Below, one piece after another: positions 8,245 through 10,354 of a stretch of DNA of 10,354 bases. This DNA comes from Leptolyngbyaceae cyanobacterium (lineage in GTDB: Bacteria; Cyanobacteriota; Cyanobacteriia; Phormidesmidales; Phormidesmidaceae). How positions within the stretch are numbered: position 1 is the stretch's first letter; each line of letters opens with the position of its first letter. Made by a program: the position numbers and the translations under genes. The notes below the pieces were generated by a model, which was given only the letters and a program-made list of their open reading frames with translations, made no database searches and was not told the DNA's origin. The stretch spans positions 1 through 10,354 of the forward strand of contig JBHJHA010000074.1 of the NCBI GenBank assembly GCA_050331235.1, read 5' to 3'.

Positions 8245-10320
8245 CTAAAACACGGCTAAAATCAGCGGCAGCAGCGACTTGCAGACCGTTGCTAAATTGG
8301 AAGCCTCGGTCAGCGGCTCGGTGATGGAGCGTAAGTTGTCAGCCGCTCGTTTGGCCATGCGTTGCATCACGTTATCTTGCGGTTGGGTCCCCGCCTCGGC
8401 TAGCTTGCCTACATTCTCCAGGGCTTCTTTTTTCTCTACGTCGCTGAGTTCAGCATCGGCCTCCACTGCGGCCTGTAGCTGTGTGAGCAAATCTTTGAGG
8501 CTGCGCTGATCGGCACTTGGGTCATTATCGGGTAGCTGATTAATCTGGTTGCTCACCTGACCGCTAATTTCTCCCAGGTTGATGACGTTGCCCTGCAGGT
8601 TATCGCCTGTATTCACAAAGCTGCCGTCACTGGCAGAAATACTCGGATTTTGACTATTGTTCATAGCAGTGTTGTTGACGTGAACTGTGTTAGTCGCTGG
8701 ACCATGTTTCAGCAAAATAGCTTCTAATGTGTCCGCCCGTTTGCGTTCGCCCTCTAGCAGTCCTTGAGCTTTTGCCGCCTCTAGTTTAAGAGCCTGCAGC
8801 TCGTCAAAGTCTTGCTCAAATTGGCCTTTGTCGGTGCCCTCAGGGACCGCGACGGTCACCAGCACGTCTTCGCCTTTGCGCTCATAGCTGCGTACGGCAT
8901 CAGCAGAAAGGTCGTAGTCGGCCATTAGCTGCTTGAGAGTATCTTTGAAAACTTGCGGATGGATGCCCTGGCGAATGAGTAGCTGCACCGTGTCGAGCAC
9001 TTCCCTAAAGAATTTCTCGAAATCGCCCGGCTGAAAGACCTTGTCAGGATTGTGGGGGCGCCGCTCCCGGTTGCCCTTACCATCGGGTTTTGCCCTGAGA
9101 AACACGTAGTCGCAGTCGATGTCTTGAAGGACGGTGGTGTTGTCGATATTCCAAGCTTCTAAGCAGGCTCCGGTGAGATGCGCCCCGGTGAAGTCAGTGC
9201 CGACACACTGTGCATTCATCAAGTTAGCTCCGTGCAGCGCTGCCCTGGCCAAAGTTGCTCCTTTTAGGTTGGCTCCGGTGAGGTTGATGCGGTGGAAGGT
9301 GGCTCCCGCCAAATTGACGCCCCGCAAATCAGCATCGGTTAGCTCTTGGTCAACGCCGTTGAGAGTAACCAGCAAATTGCGGACGCGGGAGTCCTGTAGA
9401 TTACTGCTGCCAAGGCGAGCCTGATCGAGCTGATCAGCCCCGTGCCAGCGAATATCAGTAAGCACCGTTGACCGCTGACTGGCATCGGCAAAGTTAGTGC
9501 CCTTGAGGCACGCTTAGGCCAAGGTTGCACCCGTCAGGTCAGCCCCGCTAAAGGTGGTGCCCCCCAAAGCAGCCAAGGCGAGACCGATAATGCGCAGATT
9601 CTCAAAATTGGGATCGCCTCGGCGAATGCGGCGATTAACATGCCAAGAGAGAAAAAAGCCCGCGGCCGCGAAAGTGCCAGCGACCGCGGCAGCGACCGCG
9701 AAAGCGACCGCGATAGCGCCCGCGATAGCGCCCGCGATAGCGCCCGCGGCCGCGAAAGTGCCAGCGAAAGTGCCAGCGACCGCGATAGCGAAAGCGACCG
9801 CGACCGCGAAAGCGAAAGTGCCAGTGAAAGTGCCAGCGACCGCGGCAGCGACCGCGACCGCGACCGCGACCGCGACAGCGACGCTCCCTAAAGCCCGAAT
9901 CGTAAACCCTTGGCAGGCGATCACAAAATAGGTGACCGCAATGAAGAACGTGCTGGTGATCGCCGCAATTAAATCACTGGGGTCACCACGCCTGAAAAAA
10001 TCACCGAGTATAGCCCCCGCAAATCCTTGTAGCAAGCCTGCGAGCAAGGCAATCACGATGACTAAACTAAGCTGACCGACGACCCAGCGGCGCTGTAGAC
10101 CCCCGCGAGCATGGCAAAAGGTAGCTTTTTGTAAGTTGGCATTCACAACTCGCGCACTGCGAATGTCGGCTCCGGTGAAGTCAGCCTCTGACAGGTCAGC
10201 CCCGCGAAAGTTGCAGCCGCGCAAAATGGCTCCCCTAAAGTCTCGCTCTCCGGTGGCGTAGTAGCTCAGCACCTGTTTTGCCGTGAGGCGTTGACCGTGG
10301 TATTTGCCGCGATCTGACAT
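8245..10320 (-). pseudogene. Membrane-associated pentapeptide-repeat protein split by one in-frame TAA
   Basis: ORFs 9514-10320 and 8245-9465 are in the same frame. Reading through TAA (9516-9514) gives SGADLTGATLA*ACLKGTNFADASQRSTVLTDIRW with the pentapeptide register unbroken. The N-terminus YYATGERDFRGAILRG is typical of cyanobacterial pentapeptide proteins. Confidence 0.88.
9661..9882 (-). repeat. Coding minisatellite: 37 x 6-bp units NNC-(G/A)C(T/G)
   Basis: Units such as GTCGCG, GTCGCT, GCCGCG, TTCGCT, TTCGCG, ATCGCG, GGCGCT and GGCACT, with higher-order blocks (GTCGCG)x4 and (GGCGCTATCGCG)x3. Encodes 74 uncharged residues. Confidence 0.95.
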
Positions 10321-10354
10321 AGATAGAGTTCAGAATTCCGAGGTGGGACTTTGG

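Noticed and set aside
154..9516. Stop-codon recoding suggested by three in-frame stops (TAG 154, TAG 429, TAA 9514)
   Set aside because: They would need different amino acids (probably Tyr, Trp, Gln), and intact genes here end normally at TAG (GT4) and TAA (ftsX). Independent nonsense mutations are simpler.
1970..9530. Remaining small overlapping or antisense ORFs inside ftsX, tatA, aminotransferase, gldA, ycf51, lipoprotein, GT4 and pentapeptide genes
   Set aside because: Nested in well-supported genes, no family motifs, and expected by chance at this GC content.
9661..9882. DGR variable region suggested by the NNC codon pattern
   Set aside because: No reverse transcriptase or AAC-rich template repeat in the window. 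The region is internally tandem and also varies at a T/G position, which fits slippage.
9554..9931. Plus-strand ORFs with AKAT- or RDSES-rich products
   Set aside because: Antisense shadows of the stop-free hexamer array.

Overview
Cyanobacterial chromosomal window: 12 HIP1 octamers (GCGATCGC) were counted by eye and a Ycf51-family gene is present. The left ~1.2 kb holds decayed genes: the 3' end of an ISL3 transposase with an in-frame TAG and its right end, an ArnT/GT39-like glycosyltransferase remnant with an in-frame TAG, and a probable coiled-coil/HlyD-like remnant. The middle is ordinary housekeeping: ftsX, tatA, a ycf51 - glycerol-dehydrogenase-like - class I/II aminotransferase cluster, a lipoprotein and a GT4 glycosyltransferase. 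The right end is the most unusual part. It carries one ~691-codon membrane pentapeptide-repeat gene split by a single in-frame TAA. Its hydrophobic segment is encoded by a 37 x 6-bp minisatellite rich in one-mismatch HIP1 variants, and its C-terminus has an Asn/Gly-rich linker plus a helical module. I cannot demonstrate a complete novel system from sequence alone; the pentapeptide locus is the best candidate. All family assignments come from motif recognition, not database searches.
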